Below, piece after piece: positions 30,001 through 43,400 of a DNA stretch of 64,000 nt (positions are counted from its first letter, which is position 1; each line of letters starts with the position of its first letter). The notes beneath the pieces are model-generated. The model was not told where the DNA came from. It made no database searches and was given only the letters and a program-made list of their open reading frames with translations. Source of the DNA: Eledone cirrhosa (taxonomy: Eukaryota); NCBI GenBank assembly GCA_964016885.1, contig OZ024740.1, positions 421,724,001 through 421,788,000 on the forward strand, given 5' to 3'. The position numbers and the translations under genes were made by a program.

Positions 30001-33000
30001 TATTAAACCTAAATAGAAAGGTGGATTAACATAGATATATGTGTCATATTAAACCTACATAGAAAGGTGAATTAACTTAGATATGTGTCATATTAAACCT
30101 TCATGGAAAGGTGGATTAACATAGATATATGTGTCATATTAAACCTACATAGAAAGGTGGATTAACATAGATATATGTGTCATATTAAACCTACATAGAA
30201 AGGTGGAGTAACATAGATATATGTGTCATATTAAACCTACATAGAAAGGTGGATTAACATAGATATATGTGTCATATCAAACCAACATAGAAAGGTGGAT
30301 TAACATAGATATACGTGTCATATTAAACCTACATAGAAAGGTGAATTAACTTAGATATATGTGTCATATTAAACCTACATAGAAAGGTGGATTAACATAG
30401 ATATATGTGTCATATTAAACATACATAGAAAGGTGGATTAACATAGATATATGTGTCATATTAAACCTACATAGAAAGGTGAATTAACTTAGATATATGT
30501 GTCATATTAAACCTACATAGAAAGGTGAATTAACTTAGATATATGTGTCATATTAAACCTACATAGAAAGGTGGATTAACATAGATATATGTGTCATATT
30601 AAACCTACATAGAAAGGTGAATTAACTTAGATATATGTGTCATATTAAACCAACATAGAAAGGTGGATTAACATAGATAAACGTGTCATATTAAACCTAC
30701 ATAGAAAGGTGAATTAACTTAGATATATGTGTCATATTAAACCAACATAGAAAGGTGGATTAACATAGATATATGTGTCATATTAAACCTACATAGAAAG
30801 GTGAATTAACTTAGATATATGTGTCATATTAAACTTACATAGAAAGGTGGATTAACTTAGATATATGTGTCATATTAAACCTACATAGAAAGGTGGATTA
30901 AATTAGATATGTGTGTCATATTAAACCTACATAGAAAGGTGAATTAACTTAGATATATGTGTCATATTAAACCTAAATAGAAAGGTGGATTAACATAGAT
31001 ATATGTGTCATATTAAACCTACATAGAAAGGTGAATTAACTTAGATATGTGTCATATTAAACCTTCATGGAAAGGTGGATTAACTTAGATATGTGTGTCA
31101 TATTAATCCTAAATGGAAGGGTGGATTAACATAGATATATGTGTCATATTAAACCTACATAGAAAGGTGAATTAACTTAGATATATGTGTCATATTAAAC
31201 CTACATAGAAAGGTGAATTAACTTAGATATATGTGTCATATTAAACCTACATAGAAAGGTGGATTAACTTAGATATGTGTGTCATATTAAACCTACATAG
31301 AAAGATGAATTAACTTAGATATATGTGTCATATTAAACCTAAATAGAAAGGTGGATTAACATAGATATATGTGTCATATTAAACCTACATAGAAAGGTGA
31401 ATTAACTTAGATATATGTGTCATATTAAACCTTCATGGAAAGGTGGATTACCATAGATATATGTGTCATATTAAACCTACATAGAAAGGTGGATTAACAT
31501 AGATATATGTGTCATATTAAACCTTCATAGAAAGGTGGATTAACTTAGATATGTGTGTCATATTAAACCTAAATAGAAGGGTGGATTAACATAGATATAT
31601 GTGTCATATTAAACCTAAATAGAAAGGTGGATTAACATAGATATATGTGTCATATTAAACCTACATAGAAAGGTGAATTAACTTAGATATGTGTCATATT
31701 AAACCTTCATCGAAAGGTGGATTAACATAGATATATGTGTCATATTAAACCTACATAGAAAGGTGGATTAACATAGATATATGTGTCATATTAAACCTAC
31801 ATAGAAAGGTGGATTAACATAGATATATGTGTCATATTAAACCTACATAGAAAGGTGGATTAACATAGATATATGTGTCATATTAAACCTACATAGAAAA
31901 GTGAATTAACATAGATATATGTGTCATATTAAACCTACATAGAAAGGTGGATTAACATAGATATATGTGTCATATTAAACCTACATAGAAAGGTGGATTA
32001 ACATAGATATATGTGTCATATTAAACCTACATAGAAAGGTGAATTAACTTAGATATATGTGTCATATTAAACCTACATAGAAAGGTGGATTAACTTAGAT
32101 ATGTGTGTCATATTAAACCTAAATAGAAAGGTGGATTAACATAGATATATGTGTCATATTAAACCTACATAGAAAGGTGAATTAACTTAGATATGTGTCA
32201 TATTAAACCTTCATGGAAAGGTGGATTAACATAGATATATGTGTCATATTAAACCTACATAGAAAGGTGGATTAACATAGATATATGTGTCATATTAAAC
32301 CTACATAGAAAGGTGGAGTAACATAGATATATGTGTCATATTAAACCTACATAGAAAGGTGGATTAACATAGATATATGTGTCATATTAAACCAACATAG
32401 AAAGGTGGATTAACATAGATATACGTGTCATATTAAACCTACATAGAAAGGTGAATTAACTTAGATATATGTGTCATATTAAACCTACATAGAAAGGTGG
32501 ATTAACATAGATATATGTGTCATATTAAACCTACATAGAAAGGTGGATTAACATAGATATATGTGTCATATTAAACCTACATAGAAAGGTGAATTAACTT
32601 AGATATATGTGTCATATTAAACCTACATAGAAAGGTGGATTAACATAGATATATGTGTCATATTAAACCTACATAGAAAGGTGGAGTAACATAGATATAT
32701 GTGTCATATTAATCCTACATAGAAAGGTGGATTAACATAGATATATGTGTCATATTAAACCTACATAGAAAGGTGGAGTAACATAGATATATGTGTCATA
32801 TTAATCCTACATAGAAAGGTGGATTAACATAGATATATGTGTCATATTAAACCTACATAGAAAGGTGGATTAACATAGATATATGTGTCATATTAAACCT
32901 ACATAGAAAGGTGGAGTAACATAGATATATGTGTCATATTAATCCTACATAGAAAGGTGGATTAACATAGATATATGTGTCATATAAAACCTACATAGAA

Positions 33001-33561
33001 AGGTGTGTGATATATGTGTCATATTAAAGCTACATAGAAAGGTGAATTAACTATGTGTCATATTAAACCTAGATAGAAAGGTGGATTAACATAGATATAT
33101 GTGTCATATTAAACCTACATAGAAAGGTGGATTAACATAGATATATGTGTCATATTAAACCTACATAGAAAGGTGAATTAACTTAGATATATGTGTCATA
33201 TTAAACCTACATAGAAAGGTGGATTAACTTAGATATATGTGTCATATTAAACCAACATAGAAAGGTGGATTAACATAGATATACGTGTCATATTAAACCT
33301 ACATAGAAAGGTGAATTAACTTAGATATATGTGTCATATTAAACCTACATAGAAAGGTGGATTAACATAGATATATGTGTCATATTAAACCTACATAGAA
33401 AGGTGGATTAACATAGATATATGTGTCATATTAAACCTACATAGAAAGGTGAATTAACTTAGATATATGTGTCATATTAAACCTTCATGGAAAGGTGGAT
33501 TACCATAGATATATGTGTCATATTAAACCTACATAGAAAAGTGAATTAACATAGATATATG
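1..33561. repeat. 46-bp tandem satellite array, segment 1 (runs off the left edge)
   Basis: AGATAT recurs at 5, 51, 97 and onward (period 46). Near-identical monomers with two main alleles, GTGGATTAACAT and GTGAATTAACTT, plus occasional 44-bp monomers (AGATATGTGTC). Confidence 0.99.
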
Positions 33562-33562
33562 G

Positions 33563-34171
33563 GAGGGCCCTGTAGAAACAGTAGACAGCTTCTGCTACCT
33601 AGGTGACCGAATTAGCAACGGAGGTGGGTGCTCAGAAAGTACAATAACTAGGGTAAGAACGGGATGGAAGAAGTTTAGGGAACTACTACCACTGCTAGCT
33701 GCAAAAGGCTTCTCCCTCAGAATGAAAGGCAGACTGTATGATGCGTGTATCCGAACAGCGATGTTGCATGGTAGTGAGACCTGGGCGCTGAAGGTGGAAG
33801 ACTTACGTAGATTAGAGAGAAACGAAGCCTGCATGCTCCGATGGATGTGTAACAGTAATATACGTGAACGACAAAGCATAAATGAATTGAGAGAGAGACT
33901 GAGCATAAGAGGAATCAAATGCTGCGTGCAGGAGAGGCGGTTACGCTGGTATGGACATGTGATGCGTATGAAGGATGACAGCTGCATAAAAAGGTGCAGA
34001 GCACTAGAAGTTGATGGAAACCGCGGAGTGGGGAGACCCAAGATGACTTGGGATGAGGTGATAAAAGCCGACCTTACCCAACTACACCTCCCAAAGTCAA
34101 TGACACACGACCGTGACTTCTGGCGTCACGCAGTAATACAGGGTACCCGACCTCCCATGGGTACATGCTGA
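33563..34171 (+). pseudogene. C-terminal fragment (202 aa) of LINE ORF2 (RT thumb and C-terminal region), open but 5'-truncated
   Basis: The frame is open from GAG at 33563 (EGPVETVDSFCYLGDRISNGGGCSESTITRVRTGWKKFRELLPLLAAKGFSLR) into the listed ORF 33722-34171. It aligns without gaps to copy 3 at about 78% identity by eye. The Met at 33722 is internal. Confidence 0.9.
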
Positions 34172-34412
34172 AGCATATAAACAATATGCCCCCCCCCCCC
34201 CACCGCAAGGTGGTCGTGGAGGTGCCACGGCAGAAAAGCACCCAGCCCACACTGTAAAGTGGACGTGTAGGCGCCACGAAAAAGCACCCAGCACTCACTG
34301 TAAATGAGGTTGGTGTTAGGAAGGGCATCCAGCTGTAGAAATCAAGCCAGATCAGTTCCTGTATGAGCAAGGCATGGTCAGCCGACCAGACACTGCCCAC
34401 AACAGGACAACC

Positions 34413-34445
34413 CGTCTAACCCATGCTAGCGTGGAAGAACGGACG
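34413..34445 (+). other. Putative 3'-terminal stem-loop of LINE copy 1
   Basis: Outer stem CGTCT/GGACG and inner stem CCATG-CTAG-CGTGG, just upstream of the GAT tail. The same fold is possible in copies 2 and 3. Confidence 0.6.
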
Positions 34446-34475
34446 TAAAACGGTGATGATGATGATGATGATGAT

Positions 34476-37400
34476 ATGTGTCATATTAAACCTACATAGA
34501 AAGGTGGATTAACATAGATATATGTGTCATATTAAACCTACATAGAAAGGTGGATTAACATAGATATATGTGTCATATTAAACCTACATAGAAAGGTGAA
34601 TTAACTTAGATATATGTGTCATATTAAACCTACATAGAAAGGTGGATTAACTTAGATATGTGTGTCATATTAAACCTAAATAGAAAGGTGGATTAACATA
34701 GATATATGTGTCATATTAGACCTACATAGAAAGGTGAATTAACTTAGATATGTGTCATATTAAACCTTCATGGAAAGGTGGATTAACATAGATATATGTG
34801 TCATATTAAACCTACATAGAAAGGTGGATTAACATAGATATATGTGTCATATTAAACCTACATAGAAAGGTGGAGTAACATAGATATATGTGTCATATTA
34901 AACCTACATAGAAAGGTGGATTAACATAGATATATGTGTCATATTAAACCAACATAGAAAGGTGGATTAACATAGATATACGTGTCATATTAAACCTACA
35001 TAGAAAGGTGAATTAACTTAGATATATGTGTCATATTAAACCTACATAGAAAGGTGGATTAACATAGATATATGTGTCATATTAAACCTACATAGAAAGG
35101 TGGATTAACATAGATATATGTGTCATATTAAACCTACATAGAAAGGTGAATTAACTTAGATATATATGTCATATTAAACCTACATAGAAAGGTGGAGTAA
35201 CATAGATATATGTGTCATATTAAACCTACATAGAAAGGTGGATTAACATAGATATATGTGTCATATTAAACCTACATAGAAAGGTGGATTAACATAGATA
35301 TATGTGTCATATTAAACCTACATAGAAAGGTGGAGTAACATAGATATATGTGTCATATTAAACCTACATAGAAATGTGGATTAACATAGATATATGTGTC
35401 ATATTAAACCTACATAGAAAGGTGGATTAACATAGATATACGTGTCATATTAAACCTACATAGAAAGGTGGAGTAACATAGATATATGTGTCATATTAAT
35501 CCTACATAGAAAGGTGGATTAACATAGATATATGTGTCATATTAAACCTACATAGAAAGGTGGAGTAACATAGATATATGTGTCATATTAATCCTACATA
35601 GAAAGGTGGATTAACATAGATATATGTGTCATATTAAACCTACATAGAAAGGTGGATTAACATAGATATATGTGTCATATTAAACCTACATAGAAAGGTG
35701 GAGTAACATAGATATATGTGTCATATTAATCCTACATAGAAAGGTGGATTAACATAGATATATGTGTCATATTAAACCTACATAGAAAGGTGGAGTAACA
35801 TAGATATATGTGTCATATTAATCCTACATAGAAAGGTGGATTAACATAGATATATGTGTCATATTAAACCTACATAGAAAGGTGGATTAACATAGATATA
35901 TGTGTCATATTAAACCTACATAGAAAGGTGGAGTAACATAGATATATGTGTCATATTAATCCTACATAGAAAGGTGGATTAACATAGATATATGTGTCAT
36001 ATAAAACCTACATAGAAAGGTGTGTGATATATGTGTCATATTAAAGCTACATAAAAAGGTGAATTAACTATGTGTCATATTAAACCTAGATAGAAAGGTG
36101 GATTAACATAGATATATGTGTCATATTAAACCTACATAGAAAGGTGGATTAACATAGATATATGTGTCATATTAAACCTACATAGAAAGGTGAATTAACT
36201 TAGATATATGTGTCATATTAAACCTACATAGAAAGGTGGATTAACTTAGATATATGTGTCATATTAAACCAACATAGAAAGGTGGATTAACATAGATATA
36301 CGTGTCATATTAAACCTACATAGAAAGGTGAATTAACTTAGATATATGTGTCATATTAAACCTACATAGAAAGGTGGATTAACATAGATATATGTGTCAT
36401 ATTAAACCTACATAGAAAGGTGGATTAACATAGATATATGTGTCATATTAAACCTACATAGAAAGGTGAATTAACTTAGATATATGTGTCATATTAAACC
36501 TACATAGAAAGGTGGATTAACTTAGATATATGTGTCATATTAAACCTACATAGAAAGATGAATGAACTTAGATATATGTGTCATATTAAACCTACATAGA
36601 AAGGTGAATTAACTTAGATATATGTGTCATATTAAACCTACATAGAAAGGTGGATTAACTTAGATATGTGTGTCATATTAAACCTAAATAGAAGGGTGGA
36701 TTAACATAGATATATGTGTCATATTAAACCTACATAGAAAGGTGAATTAACTTAGATATATGTGTCATATTAAACCTAAATAGAAAGGTGGATTAACATA
36801 GACATATGTGTCATATTAAACCTACATAGAAAGGTGAATTAACTTGGATATGTGTCATATTAAACCTTCATGGAAAGGTGGATTAACATAGATATATGTG
36901 TCATATTAAACCTACATAGAAAGGTGGATTAACATAGATATACGTGTCATATTAAACCTACATAGAAAGGTGGATTAACATAGATATATGTGTCATATTA
37001 AACCTACATAGAAAGGTGGATTAACATAGATATATGTGTCATATTAAACCTACATAGAAAGGTGGAGTAACCTAGATATATGTGTCATATTAAACCTACA
37101 TAGAAAGGTGGATTAACATAGATATATGTGTCATATTAAACCTACATAGAAAGGTGGATTAACTTAGATATGTGTGTCATATTAAACCTAAATTGAAAGG
37201 TGGATTAACATAGATATATGTGTCATATTAAACCTACATAGAAAGGTGAATTAACTTAGATATATGTGACATATTAAACCTAAATAGAAAGGTGGATTAA
37301 CATAGATATATGTGTCATATTAAACCTACATAGAAAGGTGAATTAACTTAGATATATGTGTCATATTAAACCTACATAGAAAGGTGGATTAACTTAGATA

Positions 37401-40400
37401 TATGTGTCATATTAAACCTACATAGAAAGATGAATTAACTTAGATATATGTGTCATATTAAACCTACATAGAAAGGTGAATTAACTTAGATATATGTGTC
37501 ATATTAAACCTACATAGAAAGGTGGATTAACTTAGATATGTGTGTCATATTAAACCTACATAGAAAGGTGAATTAACTTAGATATATGTGTCATATTAAA
37601 CCTAAATAGAAAGGTGGATTAACATAGATATATGTGTCATATTAAACCTACATAGAAAGGTGAATTAACTTAGATATATGTGTCATATTAAACCTTCGTG
37701 GAAAGGTGGATTACCATAGATATATGTGTCATATTAAACCTACATAGAAAGGTGGATTAACATAGATATATGTGTCATATTAAACCTTCATAGAAAGGTG
37801 GATTAACTTAGATATGTGTGTCATATTAAACCTAAATAGAAGGGTGGATTAACATAGATATATGTGTCATATTAAACCTAAATAGAAAGGTGGATTAACA
37901 TAGATATATGTGTCATATTAAACCTACATAGAAAGGTGAATTAACTTAGATATGTGTCATATTAAACCTTCATCGAAAGGTGGATTAACATAGATATATG
38001 TGTCATATTAAACCTACATAGAAAGGTGGATTAACATAGATATATGTGTCATATTAAACCTACATAGAAAGGTGGAGTAACATAGATATATGTGTCATAT
38101 TAAACCTACATAGAAAGGTGGATTAACATAGATATATGTGTCATATTAAACCTACATAGAAAAGTGAATTAACATAGATATATGTGTCATATTAAACCTA
38201 CATAGAAAGGTGGATTAACATAGATATATGTGTCATATTAAACCTACATAGAAAGGTGGATTAACATAGATATATGTGTCATATTAAACCTACATAGAAA
38301 GGTGAATTAACTTAGATATATGTGTCATATTAAACCTACATAGAAAGGTGGATTAACTTAGATATGTGTGTCATATTAAACCTAAATAGAAAGGTGGATT
38401 AACATAGATATATGTGTCATATTAAACCTACATAGAAAGGTGAATTAACTTAGATATGTGTCATATTAAACCTTCATGGAAAGGTGGATTAACATAGATA
38501 TATGTGTCATATTAAACCTACATAGAAAGGTGGATTAACATAGATATATGTGTCATATTAAACCTACATAGAAAGGTGGAGTAACATAGATATATGTGTC
38601 ATATTAAACCTACATAGAAAGGTGGATTAACATAGATATATGTGTCATATTAAACCAACATAGAAAGGTGGATTAACATAGATATACGTGTCATATTAAA
38701 CCTACATAGAAAGGTGAATTAACTTAGATATATGTGTCATATTAAACCTACATAGAAAGGTGGATTAACATAGATATATGTGTCATATTAAACCTACATA
38801 GAAAGGTGGATTAACATAGATATATGTGTCATATTAAACCTACATAGAAAGGTGAATTAACTTAGATATATGTGTCATATTAAACCAACATAGAAAGGTG
38901 AATTAACTTAGATATAGTGTCATATTAAACCTACATAGAAAGGTGGATTAACATAGATATATGTGTCATATTAAACCTACATAGAAAGGTGAATTAACTT
39001 AGATATATGTGTCATATTAAACCTTCATGGAAAGGTGGATTAACATAGATATATGTGTCATATTAAACCTACATAGAAAGGTGGATTAACATAGATATAT
39101 GTGTCATATTAAACCTACATAGAAAGGTGGAGTAACATAGATATATGTGTCATATTAAACCTACATAGAAATGTGGATTAACATAGATATATGTGTCATA
39201 TTAAACCTACATAGAAAGGTGGATTAACATAGATATACGTGTCATATTAAAACTACATAGAAAGGTGGAGTAACATAGATATATGTGTAATATTAATCCT
39301 ACATAGAAAGGTGGATTAACATAGATATATGTGTCATATTAAACCTACATAGAAAGGTGGAGTAACATAGATATATGTGTCATATTAATCCTACATAGAA
39401 AGGTGGATTAACATAGATATATGTGTCATATTAAACCTACATAGAAAGGTTGATTAACATAGATATATGTGTCATATTAAACCTACATAGAAAGGTGGAG
39501 TAACATAGATATATGTGTCATATTAATCCTACATAGAAAGGTGGAGTAACATAGATATATGTGTCATATTAAACCTACATAGAAAGGTGGAGTAACATAG
39601 ATATATGTGTCATATTAATCCTACATAGAAAGGTGGATTAACATAGATATATGTGTCATATTAAACCTACATAGAAAGGTGGATTAACATAGATATATGT
39701 GTCATATTAAACCTACATAGAAAGGTGGAGTAACATAGATATATGTGTCATATTAATCCTACATAGAAAGGTGGATTAACATAGATATATGTGTCATATA
39801 AAACCTACATAGAAAGGTGTGTGATATATGTGTCATATTAAAGCTACATAGAAAGGTGAATTAACTATGTGTCATATTAAACCTAGATAGAAAGGTGGAT
39901 TAACATAGATATATGTGTCATATTAAACCTACATAGAAAGGTGGATTAACATAGATATATGTGTCATATTAAACCTACATAGAAAGGTGAATTAACTTAG
40001 ATATATGTGTCATATTAAACCTACATAGAAAGGTGGATTAACTTAGATATATGTGTCATATTAAACCAACATAGAAAGGTGGATTAACATAGATATACGT
40101 GTCATATTAAACCTACATAGAAAGGTGAATTAACTTAGATATATGTGTCATATTAAACCTACATAGAAAGGTGGATTAACATAGATATATGTGTCATATT
40201 AAACCTACATAAAAAGGTGGATTAACATAGATATATGTGTCATATTAAACCTACATAGAAAGGTGAATTAACTTAGATATATGTGTCATATTAAACCTTC
40301 ATGGAAAGGTGGATTACCATAGATATATGTGTCATATTAAACCTACATAGAAAGGTGGATTAACATAGATATATGTGTCATATTAAACCTTCATAGAAAG

Positions 40401-43400
40401 GTGGATTAACTTAGATATGTGTGTCATATTAAACCTAAATAGAAGGGTGGATTAACATAGATATATGTGTCATATTAAACCTAAATAGAAAGGTGGATTA
40501 ACATAGATATATGTGTCATATTAAACCTACATAGAAAGGTGAATTAACTTAGATATGTGTCATATTAAACCTTCATCGAAAGGTGGATTAACATAGATAT
40601 ATGTGTCATATTAAACCTACATAGAAAGGTGGATTAACATAGATATATGTGTCATATTAAACCTACATAGAAAGGTGGAGTAACATAGATATATGTGTCA
40701 TATTAAACCTACATAGAAAGGTGGATTAACATAGATATATGTGTCATATTAAACCTACATAGAAAAGTGAATTAACATAGATATATGTGTCATATTAAAC
40801 CTACATAGAAAGGTGGATTAACATAGATATATGTGTCATATTAAACCTACATAGAAAGGTGGATTAACATAGATATATGTGTCATATTAAACCTACATAG
40901 AAAGGTGAATTAACTTAGATATATGTGTCATATTAAACCTACATAGAAAGGTGGATTAACTTAGATATGTGTGTCATATTAAACCTAAATAGAAAGGTGG
41001 ATTAACATAGATATATGTGTCATATTAAACCTACATAGAAAGGTGAATTAACTTAGATATGTGTCATATTAAACCTTCATGGAAAGGTGGATTAACATAG
41101 ATATATGTGTCATATTAAACCTACATAGAAAGGTGGATTAACATAGATATATGTGTCATATTAAACCTACATAGAAAGGTGGAGTAACATAGATATATGT
41201 GTCATATTAAACCTACATAGAAAGGTGGATTAACATAGATATATGTGTCATATTAAACCAACATAGAAAGGTGGATTAACATAGATATACGTGTCATATT
41301 AAACCTACATAGAAAGGTGAATTAACTTAGATATATGTGTCATATTAAACCTTCATGGAAAGGTGGATTAACATAGATATATGTGTCATATTAAACCTAC
41401 ATAGAAAGGTGGATTAACATAGATATATGTGTCATATTAAACCTACATAGAAAGGTGGAGTAACATAGATATATGTGTCATATTAAACCTACATAGAAAT
41501 GTGGATTAACATAGATATATGTGTCATATTAAACCTACATAGAAAGGTGGATTAACATAGATATACGTGTCATATTAAAACTACATAGAAAGGTGGAGTA
41601 ACATAGATATATGTGTCATATTAATCCTACATAGAAAGGTGGATTAACATAGATATATGTGTCATATTAAACCTACATAGAAAGGTGGAGTAACATAGAT
41701 ATATGTGTCATATTAATCCTACATAGAAAGGTGGATTAACATAGATATATGTGTCATATTAAACCTACATAGAAAGGTGGATTAACATAGATATATGTGT
41801 CATATTAAACCTACATAGAAAGGTGGAGTAACATAGATATATGTGTCATATTAATCCTACATAGAAAGGTGGAGTAACATAGATATATGTGTCATATTAA
41901 ACCTACATAGAAAGGTGGAGTAACATAGATATATGTGTCATATTAATCCTACATAGAAAGGTGGATTAACATAGATATATGTGTCATATTAAACCTACAT
42001 AGAAAGGTGGATTAACATAGATATATGTGTCATATTAAACCTACATAGAAAGGTGGAGTAACATAGATATATGTGTCATATTAATCCTACATAGAAAGGT
42101 GGATTAACATAGATATATGTGTCATATAAAACCTACATAGAAAGGTGGATTAACTTAGATATATGTGTCATATTAAACCAACATAGAAAGGTGGATTAAC
42201 ATAGATATACGTGTCATATTAAACCTACATAGAAAGGTGAATTAACTTAGATATATGTGTCATATTAAACCTACATAGAAAGGTGGATTAACATAGATAT
42301 ATGTGTCATATTAAACCTACATAGAAAGGTGGATTAACATAGATATATGTGTCATATTAAACCTACATAGAAAGGTGAATTAACTTAGATATATGTGTCA
42401 TATTAAACCTTCATGGAAAGGTGGATTACCATAGATATATGTGTCATATTAAACCTACATAGAAAGGTGGATTAACATAGATATATGTGTCATATTAAAC
42501 CTTCATAGAAAGGTGGATTAACTTAGATATGTGTGTCATATTAAACCTAAATAGAAGGGTGGATTAACATAGATATATGTGTCATATTAAACCTAAATAG
42601 AAAGGTGGATTAACATAGATATATGTGTCATATTAAACCTACATAGAAAGGTGAATTAACTTAGATATGTGTCATATTAAACCTTCATCGAAAGGTGGAT
42701 TAACATAGATATATGTGTCATATTAAACCTACATAGAAAGGTGGATTAACATAGATATATGTGTCATATTAAACCTACATAGAAAGGTGGAGTAACATAG
42801 ATATATGTGTCATATTAAACCTACATAGAAAGGTGGATTAACATAGATATATGTGTCATATTAAACCTACATAGAAAAGTGAATTAACATAGATATATGT
42901 GTCATATTAAACCTACATAGAAAGGTGGATTAACATAGATATATGTGTCATATTAAACCTACATAGAAAGGTGGATTAACATAGATATATGTGTCATATT
43001 AAACCTACATAGAAAGGTGAATTAACTTAGATATATGTGTCATATTAAACCTACATAGAAAGGTGGATTAACTTAGATATATGTGTCATATTAAACCTAC
43101 ATAGAAAGGTGGATTAACATAGATATATGTGTCATATTAAACCTACATAGAAAGGTGGATTAACATAGATATACGTGTCATATTAAACCTACATAGAAAG
43201 GTGAATTAACTTAGATATATGTGTCATATTAAACCTACATAGAAAGGTGGATTAACATAGATATATGTGTCATATTAAACCTACATAGAAAGGTGGATTA
43301 ACATAGATATATGTGTCATATTAAACCTACATAGAAAGGTGAATTAACTTAGATATATATGTCATATTAAACCTACATAGAAAGGTGGAGTAACATAGAT

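Larger units (their letters stand above)
33562..34475 (+). mobile_element. 5'-truncated RTE-like non-LTR retrotransposon (copy 1) with (GAT)7 tail
   Basis: Abrupt GC-richer insert in the satellite. Encodes a LINE ORF2 C-terminus (FCYLG, HGSETW, RRLRWYGHVMRM, GRPKMTW), then a ~280-bp 3' UTR and (GAT)7 at 34455-34475. Apparent short target duplication ATG/ATATG. Confidence 0.93.

Noticed and set aside
34300-34345. Assignment of the host to a cephalopod from the GGAAGGGCATCCAGCTGTAGAAA motif
   Set aside because: Based only on recollection of octopus repeats and cannot be verified without a database search.
33595-34400. Minus-strand ORFs 33595-34041, 34074-34400 and 34097-34294
   Set aside because: Antisense shadows of the LINE ORF2 and 3' UTR with no recognisable motifs.
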